Assembly: GCA_010405405.1 (NCBI GenBank)
Contig: MU004231.1
Location: 1,743,784 to 1,807,783 of the forward strand
Reading direction: 5' to 3'
Origin: Microthyrium microscopicum
Lineage: Eukaryota
Length of the DNA stretch: 64,000 nt
In this document: positions 11,554 to 23,376 of the stretch, in pieces
How positions within the stretch are numbered: position 1 is the first letter of the stretch
How the letters are laid out: each line of letters starts with the position of its first letter
Notes under the pieces: model-generated
What the model saw: only the letters and a program-made list of their open reading frames with translations
Databases searched by the model: none
What the model was told of the DNA's origin: nothing
Made by a program: the position numbers and the translations under genes

Positions 11554-13787
11554 ATGGCATCCCAAAATATGCTACCCATGAGAAGCTCTCAGCCTCTATA
11601 CTCAAAAAGACTTCAGGTGCCTGGTTTTGGGCTTCCAATTCAGTATTTATTAGACAAGGACAAACGACACCAGCATGCCATTGCCGATCGCTCAAATATC
11701 ACTCCAATCACTGAACGGGAACTTCGAATGCTTCAATTTGTCAATCAAATCACGGACAAACCATCTTGGGAGACAAAAGTGTATGATGAAGCAATCGTTA
11801 GGAAATGGAAAGAGGAAGGTAGCACAGAGATTGGAATAGGAGAGCCAGCAATATCAGATGTAATACTCTCCGAACAGATGTTCGACTTTGTAAGCGCTAT
11901 GCGATAGATCTCCGATGGACTCAATGGACAAAGAACTCAGTGCTAATAAGTCGTCCAGTGCATTCAAGAACTTCGCGCCAAAGCGAAACTCGTCAAATCC
12001 GGAGAAATATTCACCAGAGTCTTTGACATTGACGATACCTGCACAATCGCCAAATCGGACGCAGCAGTCCCATGCTCAATCAAGTCCGCATTACAAAAAC
12101 TAGTCAAACCACTGGAGGACATCAATGAAAAATACAAAGATTGGCACCCAGGATCAGACAATAAGGTTCTCGATTTGATTCATCCCAGTCTCAATCCCAT
12201 CATATACGGAACAACCAAAGCAATCGCTACTGAAATTGTTCCGCTCAAGAATTGTATCGACAAATATGCATGTGCAGGTGAACTTACACTTCCTGCTCCT
12301 ACCGAGGAGGATTCTGTGTTCGAGCGACCTCCTGGAGATGGATTCTTCAACAAGTCAAGTGTTCCGCATGCTTGGGGATCGTATCAGTGGATGCCATCGG
12401 ATGTCAAATTTGAGGCTGGCAAAGCTAAGATCACGAGCTATATCAATAATCTTCATGCGGAGTATCATGAAGATCTGTATCATGTATTTGAGGATCTACT
12501 GGATGTAACTATTCCCCTCTGGAATGCCGTGCTTGCGACGTACTCCAAACGGGAGCGTATACCAGTGAGTAGCACAAGCCAGGAGGATTTTGAGCTCATG
12601 CCTGGTCGCTTATACCCGTATGAGCGCACACCAGATGGGATACGTGTTCCTAATAATGCTGTTGCTGCTGCTAGAGCTGCAGCTCAACGGCGCCGGGACG
12701 CTGGAGAGGTAGTTGAAGTTGACGAGGAAGAGGAAGAGAATGAAGAAGATGACGGCGAAGAAGACGACGACGAAGAAGACGAAGGAGATGACGAAGAGTA
12801 TTTGTACGACAACGACTACCTCGAATGGGTTCGAGAAAACAGCAACCTCAACTGGCCTGAACCAAAATCATACAAATCATACATCGAAAACCTCACCCAT
12901 GAACCCGAAGATCTAGAATCTTACCCGAATGGTCTTCAAGTAATCTTCAAAATGGCCAATATCCACCTGACCCCCGATTCACCCACCTACGACGGCGGTT
13001 CCTGGCACATCGAAGTAAATATCTCCCCAAATCTCACCTTTCCTTTCGACCTCCTTGCTAACCGCTAGATCTAGGGCGCACTAAACGACCACATATGCGC
13101 AACCGCCATATACTACTATGACTCAACCAACATAACTCCCTCCTCCCTCTCCTTCCGACATCACCTCGATACCTGGGACTTAACCATGAAACCCATGCAA
13201 AACGAGCCCGAATCCCTGGAATACTTCTACGGCATCCAGAACGATGGCTCCAACGAGCAAGATATCGGATCTGTCCTCACACCACCCGGTCGACTGCTAT
13301 GTTTCCCCAATACCGTCCAACATTGCGTAGAGCCCTTTGAATTACTCGACAAAAGTAGGGAGGGGTATCGTAAGATTGTGGCAATGTTTCTTGTTGATCC
13401 GAATATCCGTGTTCTGTCGAGCGCGAATGTTGGGCCTCAGAGACGGGATTGGTGGGCGGAGAGGGTTCGCTTGGTGCCGGCGTTTGCGAGTTTGCCGTTG
13501 GAGATTTTTGAGAGGGTGGTGGGATTCGTGGATGGGATGCCCTTGGGACGGGAGAAAGCGGAAGAGGTGAGGGAGGCGTTGATGGAGGAGAGAGGGATGG
13601 TTGATGATGAGGCGGCGGAGGCTTTTCAGGTATGTGATTTCAATTTCTGTTTACTTGTGATACATATGTTTCGAGAAGGGAAGTGCGATGGGCAGCGGGT
13701 GAGATGTTGTTGTGGTTGGAGTGGCGATTCGCTGATAAAAGAGTCACTGACACATTATAGGAGACATTCAACTTTTGCGAGCACTAG
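11554..13787 (+). CDS. DUF4246 family protein (predicted 2OG-Fe(II) oxygenase-like fold), 4 exons
   Basis: Motifs VPGFGLP, MLQFVNQITDKPSW, DWHPGSDNKVLDLIHPS, YQWMPSDV, LQVIFKMANIHLTP, GGSWHIE|GALNDHICATAIYYYD, GRLLCFPNTVQH; terminal exon ETFNFCEH*. Confidence 0.88.
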
Positions 13788-16700
13788 AACTGCGCTGAAA
13801 GAAGGAGAGATATGAAGCATTTGCGCATTACAGCGTCAAAAGCAAGAACGTTATGTTGTATCTATCAACACTGCTTGCTCTCAGCCAGTTTCGCCTTTAG
13901 AGTTCAGATACGCGCAGATTTCTTGCGCTCGAGGTCAACCTCATGAAGAACCTCAATGATGTTGACGAATCAAAATCGTGAGGTCTTCGGCATAATCGTC
14001 TAGTCGTTAATGGCGCTTTCTATTGTATGCTGCTTGTTCAATACCTGAAAAGCTTCTACGACTGGATGAGTGGCGCATTTGACCATCACAACCAAACCTT
14101 ACTTCATTCCTTCACATGGACATACCAATGGGATCAAATTGATCGAGCAATGCAAGGAAGTGATAGCAGAAGTGCATTAAGAACAGCTCCATCTTGTCCT
14201 CATATCAAACACAACGGGCCATAGCTTTGCAATATTGAATGAGAAAAGTCAGGAGTCGCAGCTTGCCAACGAACGCCAGAAGCCAACTCAAAATTCACGA
14301 TATCAAAATAATCAAGTGACCTCGAATTCCCCAGCCATGAAATAATCCTCTCCAGTCACCCACGAAAAGCTCGCAACAAAAGCAAAACGATCAACGGCAA
14401 AACAGTTGAAGTTGTAGATCGCGTGAGTACTAACCGCCCACGCCAGAAGTACCTTTACGTACACACTTCCAAAGGCACACGACACCAACGTCTCCCCAAG
14501 TACCTCCCCAGTCCACGCCAGTCCGCGCTGAACGGGGCGAGACAAACAGTTACATGGGTCAACAGCCATTTGTTTCTGTTACATGGCGCTACAAGTTTCG
14601 TTAGCATCAGGATTCAGGGTCCAGCAAAGCTGAGCGCTTCACATTGCCGATGTCGGCAATCTTCGAAACATGATTCAATGGCTCAACTGCTCACTTTAGC
14701 TGGTATCATTCTGTGGAGTTTTCTAGGTTTGGACGATCAATTGCCCATATCCAACGCATACAAGTCACTTTTGACCTACTACCATCACGCGATTCGATAT
14801 AATTCTCAATGAAAATTTTGGCGGGGGGAGAGACCAGGGGGTAAAGGAAGTAGATTAAAAGGGGCTACACTGCGACAGGGCGTTATTGAAAAGGCACGTG
14901 CGTTATCGCGTGTGTACTCCAGAAGAAAAAGTGAAAGGTCTGACGACTTTTTTGATGTTGATCTGTGGAGACTTGGGGCTCGCCTGGCGGCTGGTTCAAT
15001 CTACTTCCATGCGCGCTTGCTGGTTTTAAGCTGTCTAGCTTGTGCGGATCGTTCTTGGGTGTAAATTGAGCTTGAGGATTAGAGCAGGAGAGTTTTGTAC
15101 GACAATCTGCATGATGTTGGACGCGTGAAGTGAATGAGGTGTACTGGTAGGTAGTAGGTGTTGCCGAGGATATGCAAGGCAAATGTGGCACGAAGGATCT
15201 CATCTCGAATGGTTATTTGGGCGAAGCGCCAACGACCTGGCTTGCAGGCGGCAGCTGGCGTGGTACAGATGGGAAAGGTCCGCTGCTGGCGATAAATGCT
15301 TTGCGGATGTCAGTTTTGGATTTTGATCACTGAATGCTGCCAACACCAGGGGCGTCGCCAGCTAGAAGCTTTCAAGTAGTGGATTGCATGCGGCCCGCAT
15401 CTCATTCGCGAGCTTGCGACGTTGGCAGCTTGCCCTGGTAGAGTTTGCGCAAAGGATTGATAGAGACATCTTCACCGCTCCAGCGATATCAGACAAGTCA
15501 TATTCACAGGCCGAATAGGCGATGATCTATGCCCCGCGTTGATGTCAGATATTTGGGGCTCTGAAGGAGCTTCTGGGATACTCTGGTCCAGATACGTCTC
15601 GTCCGGTCAGGAATAGATGCAAGCGAGTCTACATGCATGTACCGATTGACTTTGCCGCAATGAAATCGACAAAGGAGTTTGAGCTCGCCATGTTAGAGCC
15701 ATGCAGCAATGGAGATCATTATCAAACACATGGCTTGTCAAGCCCAAGTGGTCCAAATACATTGTCGCTCGTCACATCATCGTGAAAAAAGTGTCTAGAT
15801 TCTCAAGATCGACCCCAGACGTGCATCTGCCATCAACCGACGGAAGCGCTGGAAAAGATGCCAAGATGTTGCAAGCTGCTGACGGGGACGATACTGCGTG
15901 TTGTGTACAAGTAATCTCAATGCCTGCCCTGTGGTACGAGAAAATGCTGCAGTGTCTGGGATGGTAGTCCCGGCTCACACGCGCTCTTCCCAAATTCAGT
16001 CATCGGGGGCGGCGTGGCCATGTTGTTTCGGGCCTCTGCAGGACAGGCTCTGTAGGCTTTGACAGCAGACCAGACCAGGCTTATAGTGTAGACTTGTTCA
16101 AAACAGCTGCACTGTAGTTGGTAGACAGGAGGTTAGGTTCACTAGACTGGGGGCGTTAGAGTAGAGAAAATTTTCCCAAGCGTGTTTACTACCAGTGTTG
16201 GTAGAAACATGTGTCAACGACTAGAAAATGAAGCCAGCTGAGAGTTGTGTGGTCTTGTAAGGGGAGTCATAATCAAATGGAAGGGAATATAATGAGTCAA
16301 TATAGTTCTTGAGGGAAAAGAGAAGAATGTACAGTGAACATAAAAACATGGACATTGGACTCCGGGAGTCTGTACAGGGGCATTGGAGTAGTAGTAAGAG
16401 GTTGAAAAGAGGCTGCATTGTAAATGAATATGTGAGGTCATAAATAACCCCGCCAATAAAGAGTCTTAGTTTCCGATGACAGAAGGTTGGGGGGCAGAAA
16501 ATTTCTTTGCGCCGACACTAATTTAAAGCGAGGCTGTGGTTCTTGGACTACATCGGCAGTTGAAAGAGTGGATTGAGAGATGAGCCGGAAGAAATGGTTG
16601 TCGTAGGACTGGATATAGAACTTTAAATATGATGAGAGGAATCGGATAGAGTTGTATAGAGGCCGCAGGACATGTAGATGTGTAGCTCTCAATGTATGGC

Positions 16701-17747
16701 CTGTAGTTGCATAAAACTCGTGTTTTGCATCTCGTCATGAAAAAGAGTTGAGAGGAAGGAAGGCTTGACCGCTTTTCCCCATTGGCACATGCTATTGGCT
16801 GGCATATAGCAGCTAACCTAGCGCAGAACGGGCAACAACGATCCTCAATTTGCCCCGCTATGACTGGCTCCTGCCGCTCTTTACCACTCTTTACCACTCC
16901 TGCCTCAGCCGTTGGAGCAATTGGCAGGAACCACCCACTATTTTGGTCTCGGCAGCCCCCCATGGCAGTTACAGACCCCGCCCTGTTGCTCTTTCCTGTC
17001 CAGTAACATGCAGGATTGGCAAGAGCGACTGGTGCGGTGGTACTCCGTAGAATTTTAGTTTAGGTTAGGTATGAATGAAAATCCTCACCTCTGCTGCTTC
17101 TTCTCTTTTCCCCCCCATCCCAACTACCAAACATCAACAAGCAGCCAATTCAACAGCACAACCATTTCAAAGCGCACTCTCTCTATATCTCTGTCGAATA
17201 ACTGCCGCAGATATGATCGCTGCGCTGTAAATGTCTCTGGCTGGTCTGCCTCTGTGTGGACCAGTCAGTAGTCCAGCCCATCGAGAATTTCCAACGACAA
17301 CGACGAGATATCTTTTCAGCCCCGACATTGAGCCAAAAAGCTTGCTGTCTATAACAAATATCTGCTTCCTGAATAAGGTACTTTGAAATTCTCTGCGAGC
17401 AATTACTTCCCAGTCTGGTACTTTCCAAGTACGGCTGTGAATCCTGCGCTGTTGCCCATCTCCTTCTGGGAAGTGAACATTCGACAACAGACTCGGTCTC
17501 AACAATAGACCTAACAACCTACCGAGTCTCAACAATCAACTTTTACACCAATACATCGTCCCTAGACGAGTTGCTCCATTGATACCCCATTTTTCTCCAC
17601 CTCTCCCTCCTGGCTTCTGGTCATTCCGCATCCTATCACATTCATCACCAACTCTTCTCTCATTTCCTTGACCAGAAAACATTCGCCCACCACCAACAAC
17701 CAGACCCGGAATCCACTTATACCTCGCTACCCCTCACATCCAATTAG

Positions 17748-19260
17748 ATGAATCCCCACTTTGGACTTGGAGGTGATTTGGGCAGATCTGCCTTTGATCA
17801 TTCTCTTGAATCGAGTGGTGATGAGTTGCATAGACTTGTTCCCAACAAAAAGGGTCATGGACGAAAGAAGAGTTTAAAGTCTCGCAAGACAAAGGCTCGC
17901 ATGGCTGCCCGTCGTCGTTCTCAATTGAATGAAAGTGACACGGAAGGTGCCAACGGCGATGCTGAAGGCGATGCTGCCGAATCCGATGAGTCTGACAATG
18001 GCAAGAACATGGGATTTGCCCCGTCTGACGCCGCATTGAAGCGCAAGCTGAGATTGAAGCAACTCAAGAAACGACCCATCTCTTCTCAGACACGTCAGGC
18101 GGGGCTCTCCTCCTCCATCTCACCTAAAGGCGCCCTCTCTCGACCAGTTCCATCCCCAATCCGCCGCAAGTCATCCGAAAAGGTTCGTTTTGACCTCGAT
18201 AAGGTTGAGTTACATGATGCTCCCGAGGATGAAGATGAAGACATCAACCTTGACTCTGATGATGATGATGCTGTTTATGAAAAGCTCAACTTTATCAGTG
18301 AATCCGATGCTGACGATGAAGATGATCCTCTCATCGAAGCTCGAGAAACAGAGTTTCTGATTCAGCATCTTGCCGAAACTGGCGAGCTTCCAGGCGAGAA
18401 CCGCCTATTTGAGGAAGCCTATTCTCTTTGCCATTCGGTACAAAGCATGTATGGTTCACCCACAGGAGAGCTTACATTTGGTGACTATGTTCTACCTAGC
18501 ACTGAGGTCGGCCCTCATAATCAGGCACTACCCACCAATTCTTACGACTTTACTGCCAATGGTTTGGCCGCACCTCCTGAAGCGCTGGACGATCCCCTTG
18601 ACCTAGGTCTTGGGATTTTAAAGACTGAGCCTCTCGAAACTGGACTTCAAACTCCAAGTTCCATTCCTCAGTCTAGCGTTCTGATTGCTTGTATGCCAAC
18701 TTCTTCCAAAATTGATATATCCTAGATGCTAACACAATTCTCCAGTCGATGATGAGGCTACCGATCCAGAGGACTTGTCTCATAAGACAGTTTCTGGTGC
18801 CCGCATGCATCGACATTCTCATTCTGTTACGAACGCTACTCCTCATAATGGCATTCGCAAGTCCAAACCAAAGACACCCAAAATGGGCAGTTTCAAATTA
18901 GAAAAGAAGGCTATTCTCAAACATGGCGATGACGGACGAATGACTGTCACTTCGCGTGGCAAAACCACCACAGGAGGAACCATAACCCCGAAAGGTCTTG
19001 TTCGGAATATTCGCACACTCTCCGCGAGCCGACAGAAACCAATTCCGCTCTCTTTTCCATCGGATGCCCTTACACAGCCATCATCCGCCCTGACTTCACC
19101 CATTACTACCGAGTTACCCGACTGGCCAGATTACTCTTTATCATCCCAACTTGTCTCCTCGGACTTTACTCCCACCCTTGGAAATGTGGCTGATCCTATA
19201 ATTGCTACGTCAAACACTGCGGTCGACTTTCCAGATTTCCAGGATTTTCTCAAAGATTAG
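17748..19260 (+). CDS. Low-complexity acidic/basic, probably nuclear, hypothetical protein. Intron about 18690-18745; possible upstream exon 17231-17377
   Basis: The 325-aa and 161-aa ORFs join via GTATGC..CTAAC..CAG to give ...IAFDDEATDPEDLSH. K/R clusters and D/E tracts present. Confidence 0.65.
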
Positions 19261-19302
19261 GACTCTATCGGAGATATGCTATAAGTCTATACACAAACTC
19301 TT

Positions 19303-19406
19303 TACAACCAAAACTCGATAATCACTACTAGAGCATCAAAAGTCGACATTCCCTACAACCACAAAATTCGATAATCACTACAACAAAAGCACTCCTACAA
19401 CAAAAG
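19303..19406 (+). repeat. Imperfect direct repeats in the putative 3' UTR
   Basis: tacaaccaaaactcgataatcactac (19303) and tacaaccacaaaattcgataatcactac (19354), plus ctacaacaaaag twice. Confidence 0.6.
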
Positions 19407-20171
19407 TTGTCTTCTCAGACATGTCGTTTTCCACCATAAAAGCTTTACATGGGTAGCGAGTGCGCTGGTCGACTTCAGCATTCGACTCCACCAACCCGGT
19501 TCTCCCTTTTTCTTATCATTACTACTGGGTCAACGTCGGTCCGGAGGCCGGCGTTCATTGTTTTCTGTTTTTTTCCTTTACAAGGTCGGTTCTTTTTTGT
19601 TTTTGTTTTTGACGAGTGAACTCGTGATGTGCCAAAAGAAGTGAATATACCCCGACTGAGATCCTTTGCGATTGAGGCTTTCTCTTTCTTACTATTGTAT
19701 GATGTTGCTGCTGCGGTCTGGCTGGATGGGTTTCGGTGTTGTGTAACGTTAGTTGTTATGATTGATATGTTTTATGCCTCTTCTCGTCCCCTAGGGGCCA
19801 CCTGGCGGAGGACTCTGGCTTTGGTCGGGTCGGGTTGTCTGCTGAGAGCATGACGACATGGCGGTTTGGCTCGGATGATGAAACACAGAGAACATCTGTG
19901 TTGTTGGGTATCATTGTTATGGGTCAGGCGTGGGTTGGCGGTCTATTAGTATATGGTAGGGCGAAAATGCCCGTCATCATGACTGAATGAAACGATATCA
20001 AGCCACTGTTATGTTCTGTTCGCGTGAGATGAGTTTTAAGCAACAAATGCGCAAAACAAGTGGTACGCTCTCTTGAATTATGATGGCGACCTTTAACTAC
20101 GATCACATATCGAGTACTGTATCTTTTGTATAAGGTGTTCTCATTGTTCATTGAATGCAGTGGGAACCAAA

Positions 20172-20232
20172 GCACTCGATAAAGAGTGTAGTGGGTAGCA
20201 GACATCGATGTCGATGGGAGCACGACACTTAT
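20172..20232 (+). repeat. Dispersed short hairpin repeat, copy B
   Basis: gcactcgataaagagtgtagtgggtagcagacatcgatgtcgatgggagcacgacacttat; the 5' part matches copy F, the 3' part matches copy E. Confidence 0.65.
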
Positions 20233-20521
20233 TCCTGAGTAACTTGGCGGTGTACGAATGATCCGAATTTGCTATAATCCAAAACTGACAGCAGGGGGAC
20301 AGTTCTCCCGTCTGTATCGATGGCCACCACCGCACTTTGTGATGAGAGCGTATGTGTTCTCCCATCTTAATCGAAAAGTTGCCACACTGTCTACGCATCT
20401 TATGAGGAATATACCACTTTGTAGTCAGGAACGTATGACATATGGGAGCCAGCAAGTTGATGGGACCACGGCAGGTTGATGGTGAAGTAGAGTTGTTTGT
20501 TATAATTTCTTACAGATGATA

Positions 20522-22801
20522 CTATTCATCCTCATCAGATTGAGCAAACATATCTACTGCACGAGCTCTCGTTGGCTTCAGTTGGGATTTCTCCTCCTCC
20601 TTCGCCTCCTCATCTACCGCCATAGGCTCACCCTGCTCCTCATCTTCCACAGCCATCGGTTCAACATCCTCCTCACTAGAGTCGTCCATGGGCACGCCAT
20701 CCAAATCATCATCCTCCTCCATAGGCTCACCATCAACATCATCCTCCATCATCGGCGTCCCATCCACGTCCTCTCCACCCACTGCCAAATCCTCCGCCTT
20801 CTTCTCAACAGCCTTCCAACCACCACTCTTCTTCCTCCCCATCTCTTTTGCTACCGCCTCTCTCTTCTCCTCCTCGACCTTGAGCTCCTCAAATTGTTTT
20901 ACAAGTTCCTCGTGCGCCTCACTACTAAACACACACCACGTCTCCCACTGAGTCAGCACCTGTCCCACTGCCCTTCGCCACTTCTCTGCCCGCAAGCGCC
21001 CCCAGTGCAACTCGCGCTCGAGGCGTCCTAGGCGCGCGAAAGTTCGGCGCGTTCGGAGGGCATTTTCGAAAAGACCGCGGTAGCGCCAGGCGTGGCGGAC
21101 GCCGGATGTTGCAGAGGCGGAGAGGAGGTCGGATATTAGAAACAGGGCGATTAGGGTTGCAGAGGACCGGTCCTCTTCGGAGCTCTGTTTTGGCTCGTCG
21201 GTGTCTGCTGGTGGCGATGTCATGGTGTTAATGTTGGGAGGCGCTGTGGTGCTGGTGTAGTCGGGGTTGGCGCTGGTGAAGACAAACGGTCGTTCGACGT
21301 TGTCAAGCATCATGGAAACTACTTCGTCGCTACCACGGCCTGCATGGCTGATGGCAAAAGCGGTGACGCGGGCTACATCGCCGCGGCGTAGACGAGCGGT
21401 GGTACTGGGGAGGCGGGATAGGAGGTGGGTAAGTTTGGCTTTTTGAAGAGGGTTGAGATATTCGGGAGTGGCGGTTTCATTGAGGATGTCGGGGGCGCGT
21501 TGCTTGTCGGCTTCATCTCCTGAGTCTTCTTCGGCGGAGGAGTCGTAGTCTGCGTCATCCACGAAGGATTCAAAGGTTGGTGTGAATTCAAAGCGCAGTG
21601 TATTTTCTGGTGCTTGCCAAGGTGCGCCGCCGCTGAAAACCGTGGTAGTTCCTTGACTGGTGCTGGCGCGTGGATTACGGCCGGATAAGACTTCGAAGAG
21701 GCGCCAGCGATACCAGACACCGCCGGTGCTACGGGCATCCCAGAGCCAGGCGTACTTCTCGTCGCGTTGGACTTCGGGTCTGCTCATGAGGAGAGCTTCG
21801 AAGCCTGGACCGTGGGTTAGTACTGCTTCGAGGGTTTTGTGAATGAGCTTGAGTTGTTTGATATCAGATGGTGCTTTGACGTTTACGGAAAGTGCAGCAC
21901 CAGAATTTGGACCTCCGCGAGACTGGCTTTGCGATACATATGATGATGGCGGCGCATATCCACCTCGATGAGGTGGCGGAGCTCGGCTTAGAGGATGTCC
22001 AGGCCCAACTTCCACAGGTTTTGCGCCAAATGGATGAGATGTTGTAGTGGTTGATAGGCTGCTCGAAGCAATCGAGTTGATTACAGCCGAAGATAGATGT
22101 CGTGAGATGTTCAAGTTGAAGCCTAGCCCCAAATATCGATTCTGTAAGCTACTGACGGCGGCATCTATATCACTGGCAGGAGTATCTTTAGCCAAAGTGA
22201 CGATCGCTGATCCTGATTTCCTTTCCGTCGAAGAATTGCCCCCGGATGGTAGTATTCTTACACCATCCACAACAAGGGTCGTCGGTATCAAAGCCTTGAT
22301 AGCCGATACTGAAGTACCCGGAGGTAACAAGGAGAGATGCAGCGTAGGTTTAGGAGCCGTTCTCTCTTCCGGGGTTTGTTCGTCCTCATCGTCTTCCTCA
22401 GCCTGTTGAAATGCGGCCTTTGCATCTACACGCTCACTATCAAAAGCAAGCAATCCTCGCTCCTTTTGGGCTGGTGGACGGGCTCTTTTTCGCGACAAGG
22501 ATGATGGTGGAGGTCCCAAACTTCCAGGGCCACTCTTCAGTCCAGCGGATGGCGCAAAATGACGCCTGGAAGCTCCTGCACCTCCTCTTTGATCAGAAAA
22601 TCGAGGCGGTGGTCCATCATCGTCATCCTCGTTCTCAAACGATTTTACAAAGTCCTGGTATGCTGCAGCATTTTCTGCTTCTTCTCGCTTCTTCTTGGCC
22701 TCTTGCTCGGCTTTCTGGCGCTCAAATAGAGACTTTTTTGAGGGAGCGCTGAGTTTGTTGGATATATTTGAAAAGCCCCCGAGCTTTGAGGGGCCCGACA
22801 T
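20522..22801 (-). CDS. U2SURP: U2 snRNP-associated SURP motif protein (SR140-like: RRM-like, SURP, CID, acidic tail)
   Basis: KKSLFERQKAE..AAAYQDFVKSF, LKLIHKTLEAVLTHGPGFEALLM, WYRWRL, LFLISDLL..HAWRYR, DVDGEPM repeats. ATG 22801 preferred over the GTG ORF start. Confidence 0.85.
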   Translation of the reverse strand: MSGPSKLGGFSNISNKLSAPSKKSLFERQKAEQEAKKKREEAENAAAYQDFVKSFENEDDDDGPPPRFSDQRGGAGASRRHFAPSAGLKSGPGSLGPPPSSLSRKRARPPAQKERGLLAFDSERVDAKAAFQQAEEDDEDEQTPEERTAPKPTLHLSLLPPGTSVSAIKALIPTTLVVDGVRILPSGGNSSTERKSGSAIVTLAKDTPASDIDAAVSSLQNRYLGLGFNLNISRHLSSAVINSIASSSLSTTTTSHPFGAKPVEVGPGHPLSRAPPPHRGGYAPPSSYVSQSQSRGGPNSGAALSVNVKAPSDIKQLKLIHKTLEAVLTHGPGFEALLMSRPEVQRDEKYAWLWDARSTGGVWYRWRLFEVLSGRNPRASTSQGTTTVFSGGAPWQAPENTLRFEFTPTFESFVDDADYDSSAEEDSGDEADKQRAPDILNETATPEYLNPLQKAKLTHLLSRLPSTTARLRRGDVARVTAFAISHAGRGSDEVVSMMLDNVERPFVFTSANPDYTSTTAPPNINTMTSPPADTDEPKQSSEEDRSSATLIALFLISDLLSASATSGVRHAWRYRGLFENALRTRRTFARLGRLERELHWGRLRAEKWRRAVGQVLTQWETWCVFSSEAHEELVKQFEELKVEEEKREAVAKEMGRKKSGGWKAVEKKAEDLAVGGEDVDGTPMMEDDVDGEPMEEDDDLDGVPMDDSSEEDVEPMAVEDEEQGEPMAVDEEAKEEEKSQLKPTRARAVDMFAQSDEDE

Positions 22802-23376
22802 GGTGTACTTCCAGGAGATATGAATGGCTTTGGATGCCCACTGTGATGAATGTTCAAGGTGAAGATGGCGCTGATATTGAGGTTCTCGACTGCGAAAAGA
22901 AATGTGGCTGGTGTTTTCACGCAAGCCACATTTCACAGCCACATCAGATATTCCCATGCTCAACTTCATCCCTTGGCTGTTCAGCCTGTTCTGGTCCATT
23001 GTCCACTCTTTTTTCATTCTCTGTCCAACTAAATATGTACAAACAAATGTTCCGTCTGCCCTGAGAAGTCTCGACTCTTTCACTTTGAGCGCCAGTTTTC
23101 ATCAAACAGGCGAAGTAGGTCCATCTCGAGATGCCTGCAAAGAGGTGCGTTATTAAAGTAGCAATAAAATCGCAGCCCGGATTCTCTCATCGTTCACTGG
23201 ATCTCTTGAAACGCTCTCATTTGAGACCCAGACATTGGATGCTTCCTATCGCATTCAACGGCTACTATAATATGGTTTGCAAATGCTCCATTTCTTTTTA
23301 CCCACTCCCTATTCTCATTCGCATCATCCTCCTCACCCTGATTCTGATTCGTCTGCCCATCGTGATCTGTATTTAT

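Noticed and set aside
13800..17200. Telomerase RNA or TPP riboswitch in the long intergenic gap
   Set aside because: No TAACCCTAA template or TPP aptamer core found by eye.
20522..20800. Repeated DVDGEPM motifs
   Set aside because: Expected feature of the SR140/U2SURP C-terminus.
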